Positions 13,944 through 22,425 of a DNA stretch of 32,000 nt are shown here, one piece after another. Within the stretch, counting starts at the first letter, position 1; each line of letters starts with the position of its first letter. The notes under the pieces were generated by a model that saw nothing but the letters and a program-made list of their open reading frames with translations, had not been told where the DNA came from and made no database searches. The DNA comes from Vicinamibacterales bacterium (GTDB lineage Bacteria; Acidobacteriota; Vicinamibacteria; Vicinamibacterales; UBA2999). Position numbers and translations under genes: made by a program. The DNA lies in NCBI GenBank assembly GCA_050748045.1, contig JBOGIW010000125.1, positions 1,453-33,452 on the forward strand, read 5' to 3'.

Positions 13944-16412
13944 ATGCGCACACCGAAGCGTGTGGGACCTGGTCCGACCGCCTTTCGCTCGTTCGATCCT
14001 ACGTTCGGCACCAGCCGAGCGACGCCGCATCGACTGCTCGATGCGATGCGCGCCTTCCACCTGGATGCCGCATACGAACGCGCGGAGGGCGATCATCTCG
14101 TTCAACGGAGAGGGCTGGAAACCCTGCGGGTCCTCGACCTCGTCGGCGGCTTCGGGACGAACCTCGTCGGCCATCACAACCCCGATGTCCTCGCCGAGCT
14201 TCGCCGCCTGATCGACGCGAAGATCCCATTCTCCGCACAGCTCTCCGCCCGTCCGATCGCCGCCAGCCTCGAGCGCCGGCTGCGGGCCAGGCTGGGCGCG
14301 TACCGCGTGGTGTTCACGAACTCGGGTACCGAGACCGTCGAGGCGGCGTTGAAGCATGCCCACCTGGAGCGGCCGCGTCAGGTCTTCTGGGGCGTTCGCG
14401 GATCGTTTCATGGCAAGACGCTGGGCTCCATTCAGTTGACCTACGCCCACCGGAAGCCCTTCGAGGGCCTCGGGCCGCGGGTCCGGTTTCTCGATCCGTG
14501 GGATCGCTCGCAGTGGGCGAAGTACGAGAGCGAGGTCGAACAGGTGTCGGCGGCAATCGTCGAGCCGATCCTCGGAGAGGGCGGCGTCATCCCGCTTCCG
14601 GCGGAATTCCTGGGCTGGCTCGGCGCGGCCTGCCGGCAGTCGGGGATTCCGCTCATCGCGGACGAGATTCAAACGGGTCTCGGCAGGACGGGAACGTTCC
14701 TGGCGTGCGAGGCGACAGGGCTCGACCCCGATTACATCTGCCTGGCCAAAGGCCTGGGCGGCGGCATCGCGAAGCTCGGGGCGCTGCTCGTCAGGGAGGA
14801 CCGCTTCATCGAGGCCTTTTCCTGGCTGCACACGTCCACCTTTGCCGGCGACGAGATCGGCTGCGGCATCGCCAGCCGCGTGCTGGAGATCCTGGAGCGC
14901 GATGCGGTCCCGGCGCGCTGCGAAGCCCTGGGCGCCTATCTGCTCGGGCGGCTCCGGCGTCTCCAGGACCGCTATCCCGACGAAATCGCGGACGTTCGCG
15001 GCAGGGGGCTGCTTGTCGGCATCGAGCTCGGGGACGCACGGGGCGCAGGATCGAATGTCCTTCGGGCGATTGCCGCGCACGATCTCATCGGCGTGATGGC
15101 CTCGTCGTATCTCCTGAACCGGCACGCCATCCGCGTGGCGCCCTGCCTCGGTCATCCCGCGACGCTGCGCGTGGAGCCGTCGGCGTACGTGGAGCGGTCG
15201 GAGCTCGATCGATTCGTGGACGCGCTCGACATGCTCTGTCACGCCGTTCGCGCGCAGGACGTGCCGCACCTCGTCGGACACCTCATCGATCGGCCGCGCG
15301 CCGCCAGCGCCGCGCGGCCCGAGTTCCGGCACCTTCACCGCGAGGCTCCCGCAACGAGCCGCCGCGTCGCGTTCATTGCTCACGCCATTGGACCAGCGGA
15401 TCTCCGCTCCTGGGACCCGTCGCTCGCCTCCTTCGACACGGATGAGCTCGACACGCTCACTCGCGCGGCGGCCGGGTTCCTGGGCCCGGTGGTCTACAAC
15501 GAGTTCCACGTGCACGCTCCGGAAGGAGCACCAGTGCACCTGTCGTTGATCGGACTCTTCTACACCTCCTGGCAGCTCTTCGATGCCTATCGCGCCCGTC
15601 GCCACGAGCACGCGCTCGGACAGATCGAGCAGGCCCTGACGCTGGCCCGCGACCGCGGCTGCACGGTGGCCGGGCTTGGCGGCTTTCACTCGATCGTGGC
15701 CTCGAACGGCAAGCGGCTCCAGACGCCGGGCATCGGCCTGACAACGGGGAACGCGCTGACGGTCGGCATGGGCATCCGCGCCCTCACGCGCGCGGCCTCG
15801 CTCGCCGGCATCGAACTGGAGAGCGCCGCGCTCGCCGTGGTGGGCGCCACCGGCAACATCGCGCAGGCGTATGCGCTCTCGATGGCGCCGGCCGTGCGGC
15901 GTCTCGTGCTGGTCACGCGGCCGGGCTGCACGGGGCGCTGCCGCACCCTCGCCGCCCGCCTCCGCGACGTGGCGCCGTGCACGGAGCTGCACGTCACCGA
16001 CTCGCTCGACGTGCTTCGCACGTGCCCGCTGATTGTGTCGGCGTCGAACGCCCCGGAGCCGGTCGTCTACCTGCGGCACCTGGGCCCTCACCCGACGGTG
16101 ATCTGCGATGTCTCGCTGCCCTCCGACGTGGCGGAGGAGGTGACCGCCGGTCGCGGCGACGTCGTCGTCCTGAACGGCGGCGTCGTGCGGCTTCCCTGCG
16201 ATCCGGATCTTGTCATCCCCGGATTGCCGCTGGCGCCCGGGCACGTCTACGCGTGTCTGGCGGAAACACTGCTCATGGGCCTCGACGGGATCACCAGCCA
16301 TGGCTCGTACGGGCCGCTCACGCCGGAATGCGTGGAGTGGGCCCTCGCGCTGGCAGACAAGCACGGGTTCGCGTTGGCCGAGTCGCTCACGTCGAGCTTG
16401 CTGACCGCCTGA
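13944..16412 (+). CDS. bifunctional fusion: class-III (omega) PLP aminotransferase + acyl-ACP-reductase-like (COG5322) NAD(P)-binding domain
   Basis: ORF 12924-16412 trimmed to the in-frame ATG at 13944 (822 aa). Aminotransferase motifs SGTETVEAALKHA, ADEIQTGLGRTG and ICLAKGLGGG (PLP Lys). The C-terminal ~350 aa align block by block with cyanobacterial AAR as I remember it: GLGGFHSIV, TTGNALTV, VVGATGNIAQ, VLNGGVV, YACLAETLL (catalytic Cys context) and KHGFAL. Confidence 0.85.
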   Translation: MRTPKRVGPGPTAFRSFDPTFGTSRATPHRLLDAMRAFHLDAAYERAEGDHLVQRRGLETLRVLDLVGGFGTNLVGHHNPDVLAELRRLIDAKIPFSAQLSARPIAASLERRLRARLGAYRVVFTNSGTETVEAALKHAHLERPRQVFWGVRGSFHGKTLGSIQLTYAHRKPFEGLGPRVRFLDPWDRSQWAKYESEVEQVSAAIVEPILGEGGVIPLPAEFLGWLGAACRQSGIPLIADEIQTGLGRTGTFLACEATGLDPDYICLAKGLGGGIAKLGALLVREDRFIEAFSWLHTSTFAGDEIGCGIASRVLEILERDAVPARCEALGAYLLGRLRRLQDRYPDEIADVRGRGLLVGIELGDARGAGSNVLRAIAAHDLIGVMASSYLLNRHAIRVAPCLGHPATLRVEPSAYVERSELDRFVDALDMLCHAVRAQDVPHLVGHLIDRPRAASAARPEFRHLHREAPATSRRVAFIAHAIGPADLRSWDPSLASFDTDELDTLTRAAAGFLGPVVYNEFHVHAPEGAPVHLSLIGLFYTSWQLFDAYRARRHEHALGQIEQALTLARDRGCTVAGLGGFHSIVASNGKRLQTPGIGLTTGNALTVGMGIRALTRAASLAGIELESAALAVVGATGNIAQAYALSMAPAVRRLVLVTRPGCTGRCRTLAARLRDVAPCTELHVTDSLDVLRTCPLIVSASNAPEPVVYLRHLGPHPTVICDVSLPSDVAEEVTAGRGDVVVLNGGVVRLPCDPDLVIPGLPLAPGHVYACLAETLLMGLDGITSHGSYGPLTPECVEWALALADKHGFALAESLTSSLLTA

Positions 16413-16468
16413 CGCGTCACCGGGTGTTGCCCGGGCGTCGTTGACTTTCGCTGAAAGGGTGCCCTCCC

Positions 16469-17791
16469 ATGCGCGTCCTGCTCGTCGCCCCCACCGCGCT
16501 CGACTCCTACGGCCGTCCGATCAAGCAGCGGCGCGTCCACATTCCCGGCCTGACGCTCCAGATGCTCGCCGCGGTCACGCCGCCCGACGTCGATCTGACG
16601 CTCGTCGGCGAGACCACCGGCACGATCCCCTTTGACGAGCCATGGGACCTCGTCGGCCTGACGGGCATGGGCTCCGGGCTCGTGCGCGCCTGGCAGATCG
16701 CCGGGGAGTTCCGGAAACGCGGCAGGAAGGTCGTGATCGGCGGCATCGCCGCCAGCCTGGCGCCCCCGGCGCTCACGCTCGCCCATGCCGACTCGGTGGT
16801 CATCGGCGAGGCCGAAGAGATCTGGCCGCGCGTGGTCCGCGATGCGCAGGCCGGGAGGCTCCAACCGATCTACCGGATGGCGTCTCAGCCCGACGTGGCT
16901 CACCTGCCCGATCCGCGCTACGACCTGATGACGGGGCCGGGCTTCGGTCGCTGGTCGCCGGTCCAGGCCACGCGAGGCTGTCCCTTCACCTGCACGTTCT
17001 GCTCGGTCACCGCCTTCTTCCGGCAGGGGTACCGCAAGCGTCCCGTCGCATCCGTGCTGCGTGACGTGCGCGCGGCGAAGCGGATCCGCCGCTCGCGGTA
17101 CGTCGCCTTCATCGACGACAACATCGGCGTCGACTGGGACTACTGCCGGGAGCTCTGGGAGGCGCTCATCCCCGAGCGGATCATCTGGATGAGCCAGTGC
17201 AGCCTCCACATCGCCGACCGTCCGGACATGCTCGCGCTGGCGCGCCGAAGCGGGTGCCGCATGCTCTCCTTCGGCATCGAGACGACGAACGCCGCCAGCC
17301 TGGCGGCGGTGGACAAGGCCTGGAACCGGCCGGAACGCTACGCCGCCGCCGTTCGCACCATCCGCGAACATGGCATCGACATCTCGACGGAGATGATGGT
17401 GGGGCTGGACGAAGACGACGAGTCGACCTTCGACGGGACCCACGCCTTCATCATGGACAACCGCATCTCGGTGCCGCGCGTGCACATCCTGACGCCGATT
17501 CCCGGCACGCCGTTCTACGACCAGGTGCGCGCGGAGGGGCGAATCCTGTCGGAGGACTTCACGCAGTACAGCGGCGGGCGCATCGTCTTCAAGCCGCGCA
17601 AGATGGATCCGGACCGGCTCCAGATGAAGTTCTGGCAGATGTACGATCGCCTCTACTCCTGGAAGGCCATCGCGCACCGGGTGGGCCGCAACCATGCCCG
17701 CCTCGAGGCGTACATGAGCGCCTTCGTGTTCGGCGTCAACCTGCACTACCGCGCGCACATTCAGCGCCGCATCACTCCCGGCATCGTGTGA
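16469..17791 (+). CDS. B12-binding-domain radical SAM protein (class B type), copy 1
   Basis: 440 aa. N-terminal Rossmann-like MRVLLVAPTAL…VVIGGIAAS. Radical SAM cluster motif ATRGCPFTCTFCSV. Downstream core blocks SFGIETTN and MMVGLDEDD. Confidence 0.9.
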   Translation: MRVLLVAPTALDSYGRPIKQRRVHIPGLTLQMLAAVTPPDVDLTLVGETTGTIPFDEPWDLVGLTGMGSGLVRAWQIAGEFRKRGRKVVIGGIAASLAPPALTLAHADSVVIGEAEEIWPRVVRDAQAGRLQPIYRMASQPDVAHLPDPRYDLMTGPGFGRWSPVQATRGCPFTCTFCSVTAFFRQGYRKRPVASVLRDVRAAKRIRRSRYVAFIDDNIGVDWDYCRELWEALIPERIIWMSQCSLHIADRPDMLALARRSGCRMLSFGIETTNAASLAAVDKAWNRPERYAAAVRTIREHGIDISTEMMVGLDEDDESTFDGTHAFIMDNRISVPRVHILTPIPGTPFYDQVRAEGRILSEDFTQYSGGRIVFKPRKMDPDRLQMKFWQMYDRLYSWKAIAHRVGRNHARLEAYMSAFVFGVNLHYRAHIQRRITPGIV

Positions 17792-17808
17792 GCGCTCGCG
17801 AGGACACC

Positions 17809-19245
17809 ATGCGCATCCTTCTGGTCCGTCCGCCCGTGCCCCGGCACACCATCGGTTTGAAGCACATCATGGTCTGCGAGCCGCTCGAGCTGGAATACGT
17901 GGCGGCCGGGCTTGCCGGGCACGACGTGCAGATTCTCGATCTCATCGTGGAGCGCGGCCTCACGCGCCGATTGAAGCGTTTCAGGCCCGACATCGTCGGG
18001 ACGAGCTCGTACATCAGCGGCGTCAACGAGGTCTTCAAGATCTGCCGGGCGGTCAAGCGCTGGAACCCCTCCTGCCGGACCGTCGTCGGCGGCGTGCACG
18101 CGTCGCAGGTGCCGGAGGACTTCGCCGACCCGGCCGTGGACTGTGTGGTGATGGGCGATGGAACGACCATCATGCCGGAGGTGGTGAAGGCCTTCGAGGG
18201 CGACGTGGCGCTCGAGAGTGTACCGGGACTGGCGCTGCCCGACGGTCCCGGGCTCGTGCGAACGCAGGGCCGTCCGTATATGCCGGATCCGGACACGCTC
18301 CCATTCCCCCGGCGGGATCTCGTCTCCCACCTGCGCCGCCGGTACTACTACCTGTGGAACCGTCCCGTCGCGACCCTCAAGACGACGTGGGGATGCTGGT
18401 ACAAGTGCAACTTCTGCTTTACGTGGCGGATCACCGGCGGCACGCCCTACGCGCGCAGCGCCCAGTCGATCGCCGACGAGCTCGCCGGCATCGAGTCGGA
18501 GCACATCTACATCGTGGACGACATCTTCCTGATCCAGCCGGCGCGGCTGGCCGAGCTGGCGCGACTGCTGCGCGAGCGTGGCATCCGGAAAAAGTACCTC
18601 GTGTACGCGCGCGCCGATTTCGTAGCCGGGCACGAGGACCTCATCGCGGAGTGGGCGGAACTGGGTCTGGAGGCCGTCTTCATCGGGCTGGAAGCGACCG
18701 AGGATGCCGAGTTGATGCAGATGAACAAGCAGGCCACGGTGGACGACAATCGCCGGGCGATCGCCCTTCTGCAGCGGCACGGCGTGGACATCTACGGCTC
18801 GATCATCACGCAGCCCCACTACGTCAAGGAGGACTGGGACCGCGTGAAGCGGTTCATCGACGACAACCGGCTGTATTTCCTGAACGTCTCGCCGCTGACG
18901 CCGATGCCGGGCACGCTCATCTACGACGAGTATCGCGACCGCTTGATCGTCAGCCGCCGCGCGCACGCCCTGTGGGACCTCGCGCACACGGTCGTCATGA
19001 CGCGCATGCCTCTCAAGAGCTACTACCGGTCGGTCCTGGGCGTGTACACGCACGCGTGCCTGAATCCGCGTCGCGCCACGCGGCTCAACCTCGCCACCGC
19101 TCCGCCGCTCTATTCGTGGGAGTTCTGGCGGCTGTGGCTGGGCGCGCTGAAGATCGCGCGCCAGTTCTACTTCGGTCACTGGCACCATGCGCCGAGCGAG
19201 CTCGCTCGCGCCGAGTATCGCGGGCCCGAGCTGACACACGAGTGA
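17809..19245 (+). CDS. B12-binding-domain radical SAM protein, copy 2
   Basis: ORF 17197-19245 trimmed to the ATG at 17809, with GAGGA 6 nt upstream. MRILLVRPP…EPLELEYVAAGLAGHDVQILD…VVGGVHAS. Cluster motif TTWGCWYKCNFCFTW. 478 aa. Confidence 0.9.
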   Translation: MRILLVRPPVPRHTIGLKHIMVCEPLELEYVAAGLAGHDVQILDLIVERGLTRRLKRFRPDIVGTSSYISGVNEVFKICRAVKRWNPSCRTVVGGVHASQVPEDFADPAVDCVVMGDGTTIMPEVVKAFEGDVALESVPGLALPDGPGLVRTQGRPYMPDPDTLPFPRRDLVSHLRRRYYYLWNRPVATLKTTWGCWYKCNFCFTWRITGGTPYARSAQSIADELAGIESEHIYIVDDIFLIQPARLAELARLLRERGIRKKYLVYARADFVAGHEDLIAEWAELGLEAVFIGLEATEDAELMQMNKQATVDDNRRAIALLQRHGVDIYGSIITQPHYVKEDWDRVKRFIDDNRLYFLNVSPLTPMPGTLIYDEYRDRLIVSRRAHALWDLAHTVVMTRMPLKSYYRSVLGVYTHACLNPRRATRLNLATAPPLYSWEFWRLWLGALKIARQFYFGHWHHAPSELARAEYRGPELTHE

Positions 19246-20459
19246 TGTCGATCGAGCTCCCTCCCACCGGCGCGTGGACCGACCCGGGCCTGTGGCTCGG
19301 CTGGACGCCGTTCTCAGTCGCGTTGGGGAACGGCCTCCGCATGCAGGTCTGTCGCGACATCGGCGACGTCGATGCCCGGCAGTGGGACTCGATCCTCGGC
19401 CCTGAAGACGTGCTCATGTCTCACGCGTTCGTGACCGCCTGCCAGGTGGCGCGGATCGAAGACGCGGACTTCTGGCACCTGCTTGTCTCGAGAGGGGAGG
19501 ACGTCGTGTGCGCGGCGACCTTACATCGCATGCCCGTGAGCCTCGATCTGCTGTCGTCAGGGCTCACGCGGAAAGCGATCGATGCGCTCAAGGCCGGGTG
19601 GCCCGGCTTCCTGCGTCTTCCCGTGCTCTTCTGCGGCCTCCCGGTGTCGTGCGGCCGGCCGTGCCTCAAGATCCCGAGGGCTGCCGACGTCGAGGAGTCG
19701 TCGGCGGCGGTTGCCGCCGCCATGGAGTCGGTCGCGGCTGCGACCTCGACGCCGCTTCTGTGCCTGAAGGAATTCGATCGCGACGCCATTCGCCGGATGG
19801 ACGTGTTCCTGTCGTACGGATACTTCCGGGCGCCCAGCCTCCCGTCGTGCTCGATCGAACTGCGCTGGAGCTCCTTTCCCGCATACCTCGCCTCCCTGAG
19901 GTCCGGCTACCGGCGCCAGATCCGGAGCTCCCTGCGCACGCGCCGCGACGGGCGGCTGCGCGTCGAGCGCCTCGACCACTTCTCGTCGCGGATCGACACC
20001 GTGTTTGCGCTGTATCAGCAGACCGTCAGTCGCGCGCCGCATCGGCTCGAGACCCTGAATTGCGAGTTCTTCAGACAGCTCGACACGCTCGGAACGGCCA
20101 AGGGGATCGTCATCGAGCTCGACGGCCGCACGGTGGGCGCCGCCGTGATGGTCGCCGGCTCCGATGTGGCGATCTTCCTGTTCGCGGGACTGGCGGAGGA
20201 TCGGCTGCCGCAGTGGCAGGTCTATCAGAACCTCGTCGCCGAGGTCGTGGCGGCCGCCATTGATTCGGGCGCCCGGCGGCTGGAGCTCGGACAGACCTCG
20301 TACGACATGAAGAGCCGCATGGGGGCGCGCGAAGACCCGCGCTTCATCTATCTCCGCTACCGGCGTGCCCTCGGCCACTCGATTCTGCGCGGCGTGGCCC
20401 CGGCGCTCTTCCCCGCGTATCCGTATCCGGCTCGGCGCGTCTTCGCGCACCAGAGATGA
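19245..20459 (+). CDS. FemAB/CelD-like double-GNAT-fold acyl- or aminoacyl-transferase
   Basis: ORF 18354-20459 trimmed to the ATG at 19245, which overlaps the upstream stop (TGATG). 404 aa, about twice the size of a single GNAT. N-terminal DARQWDSILG…MSHAFV and C-terminal RRLELGQTSYDMKSRMGA resemble Acetyltransf_6 / FemAB-like proteins. This is from memory; no search was possible. Confidence 0.65.
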   Translation: MSIELPPTGAWTDPGLWLGWTPFSVALGNGLRMQVCRDIGDVDARQWDSILGPEDVLMSHAFVTACQVARIEDADFWHLLVSRGEDVVCAATLHRMPVSLDLLSSGLTRKAIDALKAGWPGFLRLPVLFCGLPVSCGRPCLKIPRAADVEESSAAVAAAMESVAAATSTPLLCLKEFDRDAIRRMDVFLSYGYFRAPSLPSCSIELRWSSFPAYLASLRSGYRRQIRSSLRTRRDGRLRVERLDHFSSRIDTVFALYQQTVSRAPHRLETLNCEFFRQLDTLGTAKGIVIELDGRTVGAAVMVAGSDVAIFLFAGLAEDRLPQWQVYQNLVAEVVAAAIDSGARRLELGQTSYDMKSRMGAREDPRFIYLRYRRALGHSILRGVAPALFPAYPYPARRVFAHQR

Positions 20460-20463
20460 CGCC

Positions 20464-22425
20464 GTGAAACGAATCCTGCTGGTCAATCCGGCGTTCGAAG
20501 ACGATCCCACCGGCCTTCCGCCCTCGGTACGGCGATCCGCGGCGGCTCGCTGGTCTCCGTTTCAGATGGGCATCATGCCGCTCGGCCTGGCGACGATCGC
20601 GGCGCTCACGCCGGCGCCAATCGAGGTGGACATCTGGGACGAGTCCATCGACGGGCCGCTCTCCGGCGAGCGCCTGTCGGGAAAGGCCTACGACCTGGCG
20701 GGGGTGACGGGCTACGTCAACCACGCCGGCCGGGTGAACGAGCTCGGACGCCTCTTCAGCAGGATGGGCGTCATGTCGGCGGTCGGGGGCCCCGGCGTCT
20801 CGTCGGAGCCCGAGCACTTCCGTGGGCAGTTCGACGTGCTCTTCATCGGTGAAGCCGAGTACACGTGGCCCAGGTTCCTGGCCGATCTCGAGCGCGGGGC
20901 GCATCGGCGCGAGTACCGGCAGGTCGACAAGGTGGACATGGCGCATTCACCGATGCCGCGCTGGGACCACGTGGCCGCCGGCTCCTACCTGCTCGGATCC
21001 GTGCAGACGACGCGCGGGTGTCCGTTCGATTGCGAGTTCTGCGACGTCATCTACATCTACGGCCGGCAGGCGCGCCACAAGCCTGTCGAGCGCGTGCTCG
21101 AGGAGGTGCGCGCCCTCGAGCGGCTGGGGATCGAACGCCTCCTCTTCTGCGACGACAACTTCATCGGCAATCGCCGGTATGCGAAGGAGCTCCTCCAGGC
21201 GCTGATAGCGGTGAACGCGTCGTTCCGCCGGCCCATGGCGTTCTTCACCAACGTGACGCTCAATATCGCCAATGACGAGAGGATGCTGGCGCTCATGGCC
21301 GACGCCGGCTTCTGCGGCCTCTTCATCGGCGTCGAGTCGCCGAACGTCGCCAGCCTCGTCGAGACGAACAAGCCCCAGAACTACAGCACCGACATGGTGG
21401 AAGCCGTGAAGACGGTTCACGCCTACGGCATCGTCACGCAGTGCGGGATGATCGTCGGCTTCGACCACGACGATGCCACCGTCTTCGATCAGCATTTCGC
21501 ATTCCTTCAGGAGACCGGGGTGCCGGTTCCGATGGTCAACCTGCTGAAGGCTCCCACGGGGACGCGACTGTGGGTGCGCCTGCACAAGGAAGGACGAGTC
21601 TTTCAGAACGAGGCCTTGCGGCAGACGTCGAACGTCGAGCCGTTGACCAATGTGACTCCGCGGCAGATGCCGCTGGCGCAACTGCTGGCGGGCTATCTCG
21701 ACCTCGTGGAGCGGCTCCGCGACTGGGCGCGCTTCGAGGAGCGCGTCAGGCGCCTCGTGTCACAGGTGCGGCGCCGTCCCGTCGTGCGCCGGCGTGTGGA
21801 TGGAAGCAAGGTGCTGTTGCTGGCCCTGATGATCGCCAGGATGGGCGGCCAGGCCGGCGCCCGACGGGCGACGCTCCGGCTCCTCTGGCACACGCTCTGG
21901 CGCGCACCCTTCATGGTGGAGCGCGTGATGGGCGCCGCCGCGTACCAGTATCAGGAAGCGCTTCGCGTGCCGCGGCTGAAGGCCTTCATCGCAGAGCGAA
22001 TCCGGCAACTGACGGCCGGCGAAACCCGCCCCGAGCGGGAGCGCGCCGTGTTCTTCGTTCCCGACGGCTTTCGGAAGGCGTACCCAGCCGTGTTCCCCGA
22101 CCTCTATCGCCGCGTTCACCAGCGCCTCCGCGACAAGTCGCGCGTGCAGGACGCGCTCGTGGAAGTCACCTCCGATTTCCTCACCCGGTGGGGGCGGGAC
22201 TTCGGCCGGTTCGAGGAGCACCACCGCAGGTTTCTCGAGGACATCTGTGACCGCACGATCGATGCTGAAAACGGCTCGTGGCCGGGACAGCGGGACGAGC
22301 CAGGCGCGCAAGGAGCGGCTGCCGCCGCGACGACCGAAGCCTCGCTCAGGCGCCTGGCCGCCGACGTCCTGCGTTCCGTGGAGCAGGATCTGCGAAGCCT
22401 TGATGCGGCTGGAGCCCCGGGTTAG
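20464..22425 (+). CDS. B12-binding-domain radical SAM protein, copy 3, with long Arg-rich C-terminal extension (DUF4070-like)
   Basis: ORF 20365-22425 trimmed to the GTG at 20464, 4 nt after the upstream stop. No ATG precedes the conserved KRILLVNP start. Cluster motif TTRGCPFDCEFCDV, then FIGVESPN and MIVGFDHDD. The ~230-aa C-terminal helical extension is absent from copies 1 and 2. Confidence 0.9.
   Translation: MKRILLVNPAFEDDPTGLPPSVRRSAAARWSPFQMGIMPLGLATIAALTPAPIEVDIWDESIDGPLSGERLSGKAYDLAGVTGYVNHAGRVNELGRLFSRMGVMSAVGGPGVSSEPEHFRGQFDVLFIGEAEYTWPRFLADLERGAHRREYRQVDKVDMAHSPMPRWDHVAAGSYLLGSVQTTRGCPFDCEFCDVIYIYGRQARHKPVERVLEEVRALERLGIERLLFCDDNFIGNRRYAKELLQALIAVNASFRRPMAFFTNVTLNIANDERMLALMADAGFCGLFIGVESPNVASLVETNKPQNYSTDMVEAVKTVHAYGIVTQCGMIVGFDHDDATVFDQHFAFLQETGVPVPMVNLLKAPTGTRLWVRLHKEGRVFQNEALRQTSNVEPLTNVTPRQMPLAQLLAGYLDLVERLRDWARFEERVRRLVSQVRRRPVVRRRVDGSKVLLLALMIARMGGQAGARRATLRLLWHTLWRAPFMVERVMGAAAYQYQEALRVPRLKAFIAERIRQLTAGETRPERERAVFFVPDGFRKAYPAVFPDLYRRVHQRLRDKSRVQDALVEVTSDFLTRWGRDFGRFEEHHRRFLEDICDRTIDAENGSWPGQRDEPGAQGAAAAATTEASLRRLAADVLRSVEQDLRSLDAAGAPG

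Noticed and set aside
16441-16451. An internal promoter before radical SAM copy 1. The reason was that TTGACTTTCGC is identical to the recA -35 region over 11 nt.
   Set aside because: There is no acceptable -10 hexamer 16-18 nt downstream (CTCCCA); the start codon follows immediately. An imperfect hairpin (CCGGG-tgttg-CCCGG) in the 56-nt gap is noted but is too weak to call.
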